Virus record (IMG/VR): IMGVR_UViG_3300033066_002365
Location: 2,543 to 66,542 of that record
Reading direction: 5' to 3' (one strand)
Length of the DNA: 64,000 nucleotides
Origin: a virus
Taxonomy: Duplodnaviria; Caudoviricetes
The position numbers were made by a program, and so were the translations under genes. Shown piece after piece: positions 37,463 through 46,813 of the stretch. Position 1 is the first letter of the stretch; every line of letters starts with the position of its first letter. The notes under the pieces were generated by a model. The model saw nothing but the letters and a program-made list of their open reading frames with translations. It had not been told where the DNA came from and searched no databases.

Positions 37463-37954
37463 ATGCCTACAACACATCAATTACTCACTGAAGTCCCAAG
37501 TCACACTTTCGGAAAAGGAGCAAGCGACACTCCTGCTCAACGTCTTTCTTTTGCATCATCACCACTATATGATGGAACACTTGGTGATGCTCAGGTCAGA
37601 AACTCATTTCAAAATCCGCCAGAATTGGTAGATGGAATTATGAGCGACGGAGGTTATGCTTTTGGTAGTGTTGAAAGATACTATCAAAGCTCACCAGATC
37701 TTTCAACTGTTGAAGTTGGTGGTGGTGGTAGACCAGGATCTCCATACGCTCCAAACATTGCGTCTCCAGGTGAAGGTAACGGAGACAATGCAGCGGCAAT
37801 TCCAGCAACAGGCGTAGCAGCAACTCAAGCACAGAGAGGTGCCGGTGGTGCTTGGCCAGGAAACGGTCTTGAATCTCCAAGCGTTTCATCTCGTCGTTTG
37901 TTTCCAAGAACTTTAGGTGAAAGCCTGACACTTGGTAGATCTACACGTATCTAA
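37463..37954 (+). CDS. Gly/Pro/Ser-rich head-region protein
   Basis: 163-aa ORF between protease and scaffold. Confidence 0.6.
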   Translation: MPTTHQLLTEVPSHTFGKGASDTPAQRLSFASSPLYDGTLGDAQVRNSFQNPPELVDGIMSDGGYAFGSVERYYQSSPDLSTVEVGGGGRPGSPYAPNIASPGEGNGDNAAAIPATGVAATQAQRGAGGAWPGNGLESPSVSSRRLFPRTLGESLTLGRSTRI

Positions 37955-37965
37955 GAAGTGAGAAA

Positions 37966-40065
37966 TTGCAAATGAAAACAAACACAGAAAAAGCAAAAAC
38001 ATCATCCCTTTACGAAGAAGTAATACAGGATGTAGCTGCCTATAAACAAGCAGCTTTGGAAGAAGCAAAGAAGTCTGTCATTTCAAATTTAATCCCAGTT
38101 CTTGAAAAAGAAATTGAGAGATCTTTAAATGAAGAATTTTTAAAGGAAGCTGATAATGATGGCTTGAATCTTGATGCACCACCGGCTCCATCAACAGATT
38201 TGCCACCATCACCAACAGATCCAGCAACAACTACACCTCCTTTGCCTGCTGATCCAACAATGGCAGCACCAGAAGCACCACTCCCTGCTACGCCACCAGC
38301 AACACCAAACGTTCCTGCAATGCCACCAGCATTAACGACTCCACCAACAGGAGCTCCAATAGCACCACCAGCAGGTTCAGTTCTCGGTCAGGTTCCACTT
38401 CCAGGACCAGACGGAATGATAACTGTCAATCTATCTGCATTGTACAACTCAACATCTCCAGAAAATCCAACTGTTGATTTGACTGGTGGTCCAGCTTTGG
38501 CAGGAGCCCCAGAGGGTGCTTCCACAGACCAAGTTGATCCAGCAACAAATCTTGGTGGATTTCCTACAGACGGCGACATGACACCAGAAGAGTCACTGCC
38601 AACTCCAACAGAGAATCCTTTTGGTGAAAGTTACAATTTTGCTTCGTTCAAAGAATCAATGGATGAACTTGAGGCAAGAGTTGGTATGTTGTCAGAAATA
38701 AAACAGCCAACAACTTTGCAAAATAAGTTTTTGCAAACTTTTTCGGGTTTGAAGTTTTTGACGACAAAAGGCGCTGTTTCGGCAAAGATTTCTTCTTTGT
38801 ATGAAAACAAATTAGAAACATTGTATAGTGAATTAGAAGAAAACATAAATACTTACAACAGTATTCAGGAAAATCAAGGAAACAAAATGAGCAGAGTTAC
38901 AAGAGAACTACTAAAGATTTTATCAGAAAACAGCGAAGCTAAAGGGCACGCTGGATTTGGAGACGGCGAGTCCGCTCCAAAAGGAAAAACAGAACTTGAT
39001 CCAGGTAACGCGAGCGGAAAACATGCAATGAAAACTTCTGATTCGGATCCAAAAGATCCAGGAAAGCAAGATTCATTGAAAACAGGAGCCGCTGCCGGAT
39101 ATTTGGAAGAAGAGGCTGAAGCACTTGAGCTTGAAGCCGCTTTGAAAGAAATGTTTGGCGATGAAGACGCTGGTTCAGAACCAATGGAAGAAGCCGCAGA
39201 AGTAGTTGGTGACAAAGTTTCAGCAAAAATGCCTGCCGTAAAACCAGGAAAAGCAGTGAACACAAACACTGTTGCTGTCATGGAAGCAAAGAAGAAAATT
39301 AAGGAAAAGCTGAAGAATCTCAAGAAAGAATCGGCTCAACTTGCAAAAGCTATCCAAGAGTGCAATCAAAGCATGATGGCAGATGAAGCACCAGTGATGG
39401 GAGATTCATCAGTTGTTGACACAGGAAAAGGCGTGACTGTAACCATTAATATTTCTGGTCCAGGAATTGATGGCGCCAGCGTTGGTGATGGTATGGACGC
39501 AGTTCATTCAGAACCAGATGGCGACGAAGATTTTGACTTTGGCGGAGTATCAGATGGCGACGAAGATGATGATTCATCTTTTGAAATAACTGACGATGAT
39601 GATGACTCATCGTCAGATCTTCCAGTTGATTCCGACGAATCATCTTCTGATGATGATGATGACGATGACTCAGTACCACCAATGGGAGAATCTGCTCTTA
39701 AGAAAGAAAATGCTCGTCTGAAAGAATCGGTTGCTGAAATGCAACTTCTTGCAGCACGCAGTCTTTATCTGAATAAGTTGATGGCTCTTGAAGGTGTGTC
39801 TGTTTCACAGAAGCGCAAAATGGCCGGTTACATGGACAATGTAAAGACCATCGCAGAAGCAAAAGAAACTTACTTCAAGATCAAAGAAGTTCTTGACGAA
39901 AATCTTGCAACAAGAAAAGCAAGTACAGTTCGTGGTTCTTCATCTTCAGCAACAACAAAACCATCATCATCTTTGGTGAAGGAAAGCAAAGAAACTGCTG
40001 AAGGGTCAACAGAGTCTAACCCAATTAGAGATCGTTGGATGATTTTGGCAGGAATTACGAAATAA
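37966..40065 (+). CDS. Prohead scaffold protein (T4 gp22-like position)
   Basis: Directly upstream of the MCP; acidic coiled coils, Pro-rich and poly-Asp linkers, C-terminal RWMILAGI. Confidence 0.75.
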   Translation: MQMKTNTEKAKTSSLYEEVIQDVAAYKQAALEEAKKSVISNLIPVLEKEIERSLNEEFLKEADNDGLNLDAPPAPSTDLPPSPTDPATTTPPLPADPTMAAPEAPLPATPPATPNVPAMPPALTTPPTGAPIAPPAGSVLGQVPLPGPDGMITVNLSALYNSTSPENPTVDLTGGPALAGAPEGASTDQVDPATNLGGFPTDGDMTPEESLPTPTENPFGESYNFASFKESMDELEARVGMLSEIKQPTTLQNKFLQTFSGLKFLTTKGAVSAKISSLYENKLETLYSELEENINTYNSIQENQGNKMSRVTRELLKILSENSEAKGHAGFGDGESAPKGKTELDPGNASGKHAMKTSDSDPKDPGKQDSLKTGAAAGYLEEEAEALELEAALKEMFGDEDAGSEPMEEAAEVVGDKVSAKMPAVKPGKAVNTNTVAVMEAKKKIKEKLKNLKKESAQLAKAIQECNQSMMADEAPVMGDSSVVDTGKGVTVTINISGPGIDGASVGDGMDAVHSEPDGDEDFDFGGVSDGDEDDDSSFEITDDDDDSSSDLPVDSDESSSDDDDDDDSVPPMGESALKKENARLKESVAEMQLLAARSLYLNKLMALEGVSVSQKRKMAGYMDNVKTIAEAKETYFKIKEVLDENLATRKASTVRGSSSSATTKPSSSLVKESKETAEGSTESNPIRDRWMILAGITK

Positions 40066-40071
40066 CGTCAA

Positions 40072-40077
40072 TAGTTA
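40072..40077 (+). promoter_or_regulatory. Candidate late-promoter core TANTTA upstream of the MCP
   Basis: TAGTTA 28 nt before ATG 40106; AAGGA SD-like site also present. Confidence 0.4.
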
Positions 40078-40105
40078 AAAACAACGAGACTTACAAGGAT
40101 TACAA

Positions 40106-42052
40106 ATGGCAAAACAGACATTCACATTTCAACAACTGGCAGAGGGCGCACGTCGTGTCGGGCTCGGTGCCGAGTTAACAAAGAAAACCGCACGCTGGGC
40201 AGAAACCGGCCTACTTGAAGGATTGAGTGGACAGAACCGTGAAAAAATGGTTCGTTTGCTTGAAAACCAAGCACAGGAAGTTTTCTTTGGCAAAACAGCA
40301 TCTCAAGTGCTTACCGAAGCAAACGCTATCTCAACAGGTGGTGCCGGTCTTGCTTCAAGCGGACAAATTGCAGGTTTTACTAACGTAGCCTTCCCAATTG
40401 TCAGAAAAGTATTCGCAGGATTGATTGCAAACGAAGTTGTATCCGTACAACCAATGAGTTTGCCATCAGGACTTTTGTTCTTCCTGGACTACACATACGG
40501 TTCAAACGTAGGTGGAGACGCAGGACTTTCACTGTCAAATTCTTCAGCAAACGAAACATATACAAGAGGACAGTCAATTTATAACTTGCCAACAGGCGCA
40601 GCAATCCGTTCGGGTTCAACTGCAACTGGTGGACAATATGGTTTGATTGGAACTGGTTATTCAAGAGTTCAGAAGCAAGCTTTGAACGTTTCTTGTGGTA
40701 CTGACTCTGTTGGTTACTGGTTGTCAGGTTCTACCTGGACCACAACAGGAACACCAACTGTAAAGACAACAGCAGACTTTGTTGGTTTTAACGCAAGATT
40801 TGTGGGCTATGATCCACAGGTTGAAGTAGACGTTGCCAACAACTTGCTTGACTATACCTTCTTGCACATTTCAGCTTCAGAACTTGCATCAAAGATTGCT
40901 GGTATTGACCTTGGATCCTTGGATCAAATTGCAATTACTGGTCTTGGTGGAACTCCTGGTGGCGCAACTGCTTGGGGAGCAAACTACCAAGGTGGTACAG
41001 GCGTTCTAAACTTGAGAACAAAAACAAAGAGAGGTAACTTTGATCCAATCAACGGAACCTTTACTGTTGACGCTCTTGGTGGATCGCACGTACAGTTTGT
41101 TGTAGCTGTGTCAAACACAGGTGCAGCACCAACTCTAGGTGGAACAGCAACAACTTTCGTAACAGCATCTTCAGTAATTTCAGATGCGCTTTCAGTGAAC
41201 GGTGACGGTAGCACACTTGTGATCCCATCATTTGAAACTGACTTTGCACTTGATGCATCACCAAAGATTCCAGAAGTTGACATCAAGATTGAATCAGTGG
41301 CCGTGGTAGCAACTTCTCGTAAGTTGAGAGCACGTTGGTCTCCTGAAATGGCACAAGACATCACAGCATTCTACTCAATTGACATTGAAGCAGAATTGAC
41401 AAACCTCTTGTCGCAAATGATTACTCTGGACATTGACAGAGAAATCTTGATGGATCTTCTAACACAAGCTTCAGCAGCAAACCTTTACTGGTCACGCGCA
41501 GTTGGTAAGTTTGTTAACAAGTACACTGGAACAGAAGGAACCCGCGCTGGTACACTTTCTCCAGGACCATCGTTCACTGGCGACATTCAACAGTGGTATC
41601 AAGGTCTGCTTGAGACAGTAACAGATGCAGCAAACACAATTCACAAGAAGACACTTCGCGGAAGTGGTAACTTCATTGTGACTTCACCAGAAGTTTGCAC
41701 AATCCTTGAACACGTAAGTTCATATCGTACAATGTACAAGATGGACGGAGACGGTCAAGTTAAAGAAGGAATGTCAATCGGAGCCGAAGCTGCCGGTACT
41801 TTGAACAACAGATATGTTGTGTACAAGGATCCATACTTCCCATCAAACAAGATCTTGATCGGTCTTAAGGGAAATACCTTCCTTGAATCAGGATATATCT
41901 ACGCTCCATACGTACCACTTATCTTGACTCCAGTGATCTACGCACAAGATGACTTTACTCCACGTAAGGGAATCATGACACGTTACGGTAAGAAGATGGT
42001 TCGCGCTGACTTCTACGCAACAGTTACAGTGCTAGACATGAGCATCATATAG
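40106..42052 (+). CDS. Major capsid protein (T4 gp23-like) with large insertion
   Basis: LLENQ, VLTEAN, FPIVRKVF..LIANEVVSVQPM..PSGLLFFLDY, SRKLRARWS.E.AQD, IDREIL, YAPYVPL, TPRKGIMTRYG. Confidence 0.96.
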   Translation: MAKQTFTFQQLAEGARRVGLGAELTKKTARWAETGLLEGLSGQNREKMVRLLENQAQEVFFGKTASQVLTEANAISTGGAGLASSGQIAGFTNVAFPIVRKVFAGLIANEVVSVQPMSLPSGLLFFLDYTYGSNVGGDAGLSLSNSSANETYTRGQSIYNLPTGAAIRSGSTATGGQYGLIGTGYSRVQKQALNVSCGTDSVGYWLSGSTWTTTGTPTVKTTADFVGFNARFVGYDPQVEVDVANNLLDYTFLHISASELASKIAGIDLGSLDQIAITGLGGTPGGATAWGANYQGGTGVLNLRTKTKRGNFDPINGTFTVDALGGSHVQFVVAVSNTGAAPTLGGTATTFVTASSVISDALSVNGDGSTLVIPSFETDFALDASPKIPEVDIKIESVAVVATSRKLRARWSPEMAQDITAFYSIDIEAELTNLLSQMITLDIDREILMDLLTQASAANLYWSRAVGKFVNKYTGTEGTRAGTLSPGPSFTGDIQQWYQGLLETVTDAANTIHKKTLRGSGNFIVTSPEVCTILEHVSSYRTMYKMDGDGQVKEGMSIGAEAAGTLNNRYVVYKDPYFPSNKILIGLKGNTFLESGYIYAPYVPLILTPVIYAQDDFTPRKGIMTRYGKKMVRADFYATVTVLDMSII

Positions 42053-42072
42053 CCCAAAAATAAGGCAGAAAT

Positions 42073-42105
42073 AAAAAGGAGTGTTGAAAGACGCTCCTTT
42101 TTTTT
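42073..42105 (+). terminator. Rho-independent terminator after the MCP
   Basis: AAAAGGAGTGTT-GAAA-GACGCTCCTTTT followed by a T-run. Confidence 0.85.
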
Positions 42106-42114
42106 ATTGAAATA

Positions 42115-42768
42115 ATGTACAAAAATAGTGTAGATGGTGGAATTTACAAAATTGTTAACAAAATTAATAACAGAATTTATATTGGTTCCACTAAATCTTT
42201 TAAAACAAGATTCAAAAATCATTATAATACTTTAACATCTAATAAGCATCACAACAAATTTATGCAAAATGACTTCAATAAAACATTTTGTGAAAATAAT
42301 TTTTTATTTGAAGTAATTGAAATAGAAAATGATAAAAATAAAAGATTTGAAAAAGAGCAGCATTATATTGATAAACACTATGACAATCAAAAACAATGTT
42401 ATAATTTATCAAAGAATGCAAATCTAAGTCGTGAAGGTTTAAAAAACAAAAAAACTCCAAATGTTTCAATAGACAAAAGATGTAAATCTCCAAGTGCAGA
42501 AATTTTAAACAAAAGAACGGCAAAAATTAGAGAAGTTAGAGGAACAACTGAATCAAGTGAAAAATCAAAAGTAAGTGCTAAAAATCAATGGGCAAAATAT
42601 AGCGCAAACATTTCAGTAATAAATTGCACAACTCAAGAAATAGTTCTGATAACGGGAACAGTTAGACAATTTTGTTTATTTCATAATTTATCATACAAAT
42701 CTTTTAATCAACTTGTCAACAAAAAAATCAAAACATCGGGTGGCTGGAGACTGCTAGAAAACTCATAG
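42115..42768 (+). CDS. Free-standing GIY-YIG homing endonuclease
   Basis: GIYKIVNKINNRIYIGST..FKTRF..H, FEVIE, EQHYID, YN; C-terminal NUMOD-like KKIKTSGGW. Confidence 0.92.
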   Translation: MYKNSVDGGIYKIVNKINNRIYIGSTKSFKTRFKNHYNTLTSNKHHNKFMQNDFNKTFCENNFLFEVIEIENDKNKRFEKEQHYIDKHYDNQKQCYNLSKNANLSREGLKNKKTPNVSIDKRCKSPSAEILNKRTAKIREVRGTTESSEKSKVSAKNQWAKYSANISVINCTTQEIVLITGTVRQFCLFHNLSYKSFNQLVNKKIKTSGGWRLLENS

Positions 42769-42785
42769 TAGTTTCTTAAAAAATG

Positions 42786-42820
42786 AAGCCTTGGTAAGAA
42801 ATTACCAAGGCTTTGTTGTT
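42786..42820 (+). terminator. Rho-independent terminator after GIY-YIG
   Basis: AAGCCTTGGTAA-GAAA-TTACCAAGGCTT followed by TGTTGTTTT. Confidence 0.8.
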
Positions 42821-42837
42821 TTCTTATACTTGTGTTC

Positions 42838-43005
42838 ATGGATAATTTAGAAGAAATTATTGCGAAACAAATTCGGGATGAAGTTGACAGAGATATAATA
42901 TCAACTTTAATCAAATACGGACAAGAAATTGACAATTTAGTTAAAACAGGAATGACAAGAGAAGAAGCAATCCAATACGCTTTTGGAAAAAAACATGAAA
43001 ACTAA
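42838..43005 (+). CDS. Small protein (55 aa), missed by the ORF track
   Basis: Read manually: MDNLEEIIAKQIRDEVDRDIISTLIKYGQEIDNLVKTGMTREEAIQYAFGKKHEN; TATACT 7 nt upstream. Confidence 0.6.
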   Translation: MDNLEEIIAKQIRDEVDRDIISTLIKYGQEIDNLVKTGMTREEAIQYAFGKKHEN

Positions 43006-43237
43006 CGAAGAAATAATGATAGATTTTCGCTCAACGACAGATCAAAACGAACAACAAAAGCTGTTAAATCAACTTGATGAAGAGTTTGTTTTTAAAGAAT
43101 TTTATGGTCTTGATTACAGAAAAGAAAAAGAAACCATTGAAAAAGAAATGAAATTTCTTAAATTTTTAACCAAAGCCGGAATGTCTTTTGAAGAAGCTAT
43201 TGAGGTTGTTGAGCAAAAAAGAAAATTGTCTGTATAA
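42983..43237 (+). CDS. Hypothetical protein
   Basis: Likely ATG at 42995; ends with KAGMSFEEAIE, similar to the preceding ORF. Confidence 0.6.
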   Translation: MEKNMKTNEEIMIDFRSTTDQNEQQKLLNQLDEEFVFKEFYGLDYRKEKETIEKEMKFLKFLTKAGMSFEEAIEVVEQKRKLSV

Positions 43238-43238
43238 T
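43209..43238 (+). promoter_or_regulatory. Sigma70-like promoter
   Basis: TTGAGC-N18-TATAAT, 10 nt before ATG 43249. Confidence 0.4.
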
Positions 43239-43248
43239 AAAATTTATT

Positions 43249-43590
43249 ATGATAAAAAGATTTTTATCTGCAAATCAACTAAAACCAGTTGATTTTGTAA
43301 CTGGTCAAAACTTAACCCCATATAAAGGAAAAGATTTTCAACATAAAGATAATGTTTGTCAATTGATTTATGAAGCAAGATGTTTTCTTAGTCAGAAAAA
43401 AATTTGCAACACAACATTTTACATTGGAAAAGATGTTCATAGTTTTCTAAACAAACATCCAGATTATCACTACAACGAAATGCTTGGTTGCTTAAGAATA
43501 GGAAAAGATATAAAATTAATCTGCGATGGAAAAACTCCAAAGAACATGATAAGATTCAATGAATACGAAATTGAGGTAAAAAATCTGTGA
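43249..43590 (+). CDS. Hypothetical protein
   Basis: 113-aa ORF. Confidence 0.6.
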   Translation: MIKRFLSANQLKPVDFVTGQNLTPYKGKDFQHKDNVCQLIYEARCFLSQKKICNTTFYIGKDVHSFLNKHPDYHYNEMLGCLRIGKDIKLICDGKTPKNMIRFNEYEIEVKNL

Positions 43591-44102
43591 CCACAAACAA
43601 AAGACATTTACAATCTTGTCTGGTTCCAAGAAACATAGCTGAAACTTACACTGGATTGAAATTCAAACAGCAAGAAACTCATATCATAAGAGAATTAGAG
43701 TATTCAAATGAAGTTCTTTGGTTCAAAAATCTAATCAGACTCACGGCAGACATCAACAAGAAAATTTGGAAACAAAGTAAAGTTACTATAATCGTTGATG
43801 ATTACTTACTAAATCTTTTCAAGCAAATAAGTTCTTTTTCCAAAGATGGTTCTCATGATGAACACTTCCCAGAGATTGCTTTCAAAAAAGAAAAGTCAAA
43901 GAATGATAAAAGAAAGTTCTTAAAACTTGTTTCTCATCAAATAACAATAAACAATAAGTTATTCATAACAATCTTTGATCCTTTTGAAATGAGAGAATGT
44001 TCTGTAGATAAAGTAATAACAAAACAATCAATTAAAAAAGATTCTTACTACCCTTCTTTAATAGAACTTTATCAAATTAATCAACTTCTTAACAAAGAAT
44101 AA
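43587..44102 (+). CDS. Hypothetical protein
   Basis: 171-aa ORF, GTGA-coupled to the previous gene. Confidence 0.6.
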   Translation: MTTNKRHLQSCLVPRNIAETYTGLKFKQQETHIIRELEYSNEVLWFKNLIRLTADINKKIWKQSKVTIIVDDYLLNLFKQISSFSKDGSHDEHFPEIAFKKEKSKNDKRKFLKLVSHQITINNKLFITIFDPFEMRECSVDKVITKQSIKKDSYYPSLIELYQINQLLNKE

Positions 44103-44125
44103 TAATCTACTTATTCTTTGTTAAA

Positions 44126-44920
44126 ATGATCAAAACCAAACCTATCTTCAAATTCTCTTCATTCCTTAAAGAAGAATTCTCAGAAAAAGACAATATCTCT
44201 CAGATACTTCTTGATAAAGTAATGGATATTCTTTCCAACAACAACATTGCAATTAAAAGAAAAAGAATAAATTTTCAAGGTTTTACTATCAATGCTTCCC
44301 AGGTAAACAATGATCCTCCAGCCAATCCTTACCTTTGGAATGTTGAATTTATTTTTGATCCCACAAAAAACATGTCAAAAATCGGTTTAGTGTGCCATGA
44401 TTGGATGAAAATAGAAAGAGAAAAACAAATACTTGTTAATTCAAACAACTTAGATTCATTTGAAGATGAAGTTCAGATGCTTATAAGAGAAATTGAACAT
44501 GACAAACAACTCTTGAGAGAACATGATTTTATTCTTCCAGTTCAGGAGATAATAAATGACATTATAATACAAGAGCCATCACACAGTTTTCTTGGAAAGA
44601 AAACTTGGCAAGTAGATTACAAGTTGATGCCAAATTCTACAATGCATTGTTATGTCTTAGAAAATGGCAACAGAGTTATTTTTGATATCTTTGTAACTCA
44701 TGTATTGGTTATACAAAGTTTGCAAGAAACTTTTGAAGAAAGTTCTAGTGAAGACTCTGAAGATTGGGAACAAGATTTTATGGATGAAGAAACCGCTGGT
44801 ATTTTTGTTTCAGACGAAACACCTAGAAGATTTCGCGAGGTCTTAAGTGATTATTTTACAAACATGCAAAGAGAGTTTGTTGCTGGCAGAGTTTCTCAAG
44901 CAGACCTTGGGATCTCTTAA
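44126..44920 (+). CDS. Hypothetical two-domain protein with L-x-E motifs (possible head cargo)
   Basis: KFSSFLKEEF at the N-terminus and internal QLLREH; TACTTA upstream. Confidence 0.6.
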   Translation: MIKTKPIFKFSSFLKEEFSEKDNISQILLDKVMDILSNNNIAIKRKRINFQGFTINASQVNNDPPANPYLWNVEFIFDPTKNMSKIGLVCHDWMKIEREKQILVNSNNLDSFEDEVQMLIREIEHDKQLLREHDFILPVQEIINDIIIQEPSHSFLGKKTWQVDYKLMPNSTMHCYVLENGNRVIFDIFVTHVLVIQSLQETFEESSSEDSEDWEQDFMDEETAGIFVSDETPRRFREVLSDYFTNMQREFVAGRVSQADLGIS

Positions 44921-44980
44921 AATAAACTGCACTTTATTCTTTCCTAATCTCCCCACACTTTCCCACCCAACTTCTTCTAG
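44921..44980 (+). repeat. Copy 2 of the near-palindrome plus C-rich tract
   Basis: AATAAACTGCACTTTATT (44921-44938), then CTTTCCTAATCTCCCCACACTTTCCCACCCAACTTCTTCTAG. Confidence 0.75.
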
Positions 44981-44984
44981 TTAA

Positions 44985-46808
44985 TTGCAGATTAATTTCG
45001 CAATGATAACAACCATCAAAGAAACCGAAGAACATCAACGTCAACTTGGTTACTCCGGCAAACCAAACAAAAAGACAGCAAGAGAAATTTTATATGCTTA
45101 TGTTTCAAAAGGAAAAACTTACTTTTCCTACGATCCAGATGCTCTGACAAAAAACTTCGGTAAAGATCGTGGATTGTTTAATGTAGAAAGAGTAAGACAA
45201 GTTTCTCGTTCAAAGATATTTCTTGATTTTACTAAGAGAACAATATATGTTGCTTTTGCATTCTTAAAAGATTCTTCTGCTTATATTCAACTTGAAGGAA
45301 TATTGGAAGTGTTTCCTGAGTTTGGTGGATTTGAAGTTGTGGAGCAAAAGTACGAAGGATCTTACGATGAAAAGTACAAGAAACTTGGAACGTTATTTTC
45401 TCTTGTTTCAGGAGCAAAGGAAGTTTCTGGAGAGTCAGAAGAGTATCTTCCCGGTGAGAAGCGTGAAATCAAAGCTCCAACCTACAACCGTTACCAGTTT
45501 AAAATCATTGAAGATGTTCAGGCTACGGATTGGTATCACGTCACTAGAAGAAGATTTTACAACGCAATTAAAAGAGCAGGTTTAATTCCTTCAAAAGAGT
45601 TTCAAAACCCACAGGATCACGGATGGACTCAGTGGAACTTTAATCTTCAAAATGCTGTTTACCTTACTCATGACGTTGACAGAGCTAGAAAGATAGCAAA
45701 AGCAGTAAGTGACAAATACGGTGAAGATGCAGTTATCTTAATGGTTGATGGCTCTGGTCTAGAAGACAGAAAAAAAATTGTTATTGACGAAGACGCAATT
45801 CATGAATATGAAGCTGATGTTGGAATGGGAAAACCAGACTACATTCACTCCATTGTTGGTGCACCGTTTTCAATTGGATATAAAGGAATTATTCCTTCAA
45901 GATTTATTCAGTTCTTTGAAAAACATGAACTTGAACAACCAGAATCACCATATGAAGTATCGGAAGACGGTACAGAAATTATCAAATACGGTGAACACTG
46001 GACAGATGAACCCACCATTGCAAAAATAGTTAAACCAACAATGAAACCAAAACAAAACGTGATTGAGTCATTTATATTTGAAAGTTTGAACTTAAGACAA
46101 ATCCTGCCAGATTTAGAAGGTAAAATGCAAGATCTTCTAAAAAATAATCTTCCATATTATTTCGTTCAAAACGAATGGGACGTGTCAGAGTTTTTAAACT
46201 CCATTATTTTCAACAACAATGAAGATGGTGGATCCTGGTGGACTTTTGACCTTGAAATTACACCAGACGACATTCTTAGATTACAAACTTCTTCTCAAGA
46301 TGTTTTTATTATTTATTTGCAATCAGAAATGCCTTGTAATGAGGAGAATTATTTGGAAGTCTTGGAAACATGTTTTGATGATTTGGTTTCAAAACTTAAA
46401 ATTGAAAAAAATAGAAGAAATGAGCCAGAAGTGTTTCTTCCAATGGATCAGTTGGACAATTTAGTAATTGGTCAAAACTATGGAAAGATAACAAACTGGA
46501 AACGTACTTCTTTGCTTAAAAGCAAAGAACAAAATTGTTATGCAATCCGCTATGAAGGAACAAAAGCAAATCAACCAGTTAAGATAGACATTATTATTTA
46601 TGATCGTGTAATGTGGTTGAGATTTCCTGGCACAACAGTTGAACCTGTTTCACAATCTTACAGTGACAGAAGAAATCTTGAGCAAAACAGTGAAAACGTA
46701 GATGTTATTCGCAGCAGAAACCAACAAGTTGTGGAAGCTTTTAAAGATTTGTTGGTGCAAGGTGAAAAGACAATGAAATGGATTGGGGTTCCAATCCGTG
46801 CTATTTAG
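44985..46808 (+). CDS. Multidomain protein with a central ADP-ribosyltransferase (Tpt1/KptA-like) fold
   Basis: WYHVT......IKRAGLIP, AVYLTHD..RA..IA, VILMVD..GL, IDED, IGYKGIIP. Likely ATG at 45003. Confidence 0.7.
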   Translation: MQINFAMITTIKETEEHQRQLGYSGKPNKKTAREILYAYVSKGKTYFSYDPDALTKNFGKDRGLFNVERVRQVSRSKIFLDFTKRTIYVAFAFLKDSSAYIQLEGILEVFPEFGGFEVVEQKYEGSYDEKYKKLGTLFSLVSGAKEVSGESEEYLPGEKREIKAPTYNRYQFKIIEDVQATDWYHVTRRRFYNAIKRAGLIPSKEFQNPQDHGWTQWNFNLQNAVYLTHDVDRARKIAKAVSDKYGEDAVILMVDGSGLEDRKKIVIDEDAIHEYEADVGMGKPDYIHSIVGAPFSIGYKGIIPSRFIQFFEKHELEQPESPYEVSEDGTEIIKYGEHWTDEPTIAKIVKPTMKPKQNVIESFIFESLNLRQILPDLEGKMQDLLKNNLPYYFVQNEWDVSEFLNSIIFNNNEDGGSWWTFDLEITPDDILRLQTSSQDVFIIYLQSEMPCNEENYLEVLETCFDDLVSKLKIEKNRRNEPEVFLPMDQLDNLVIGQNYGKITNWKRTSLLKSKEQNCYAIRYEGTKANQPVKIDIIIYDRVMWLRFPGTTVEPVSQSYSDRRNLEQNSENVDVIRSRNQQVVEAFKDLLVQGEKTMKWIGVPIRAI

Positions 46809-46813
46809 AAGAA

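Noticed and set aside
46780-46797. tRNA-like T-arm GGATTGG-GGTT-CCAATCC
   Set aside because: It is an isolated hairpin within coding sequence, with no acceptor, D or anticodon arms. No tRNA was found in the window.
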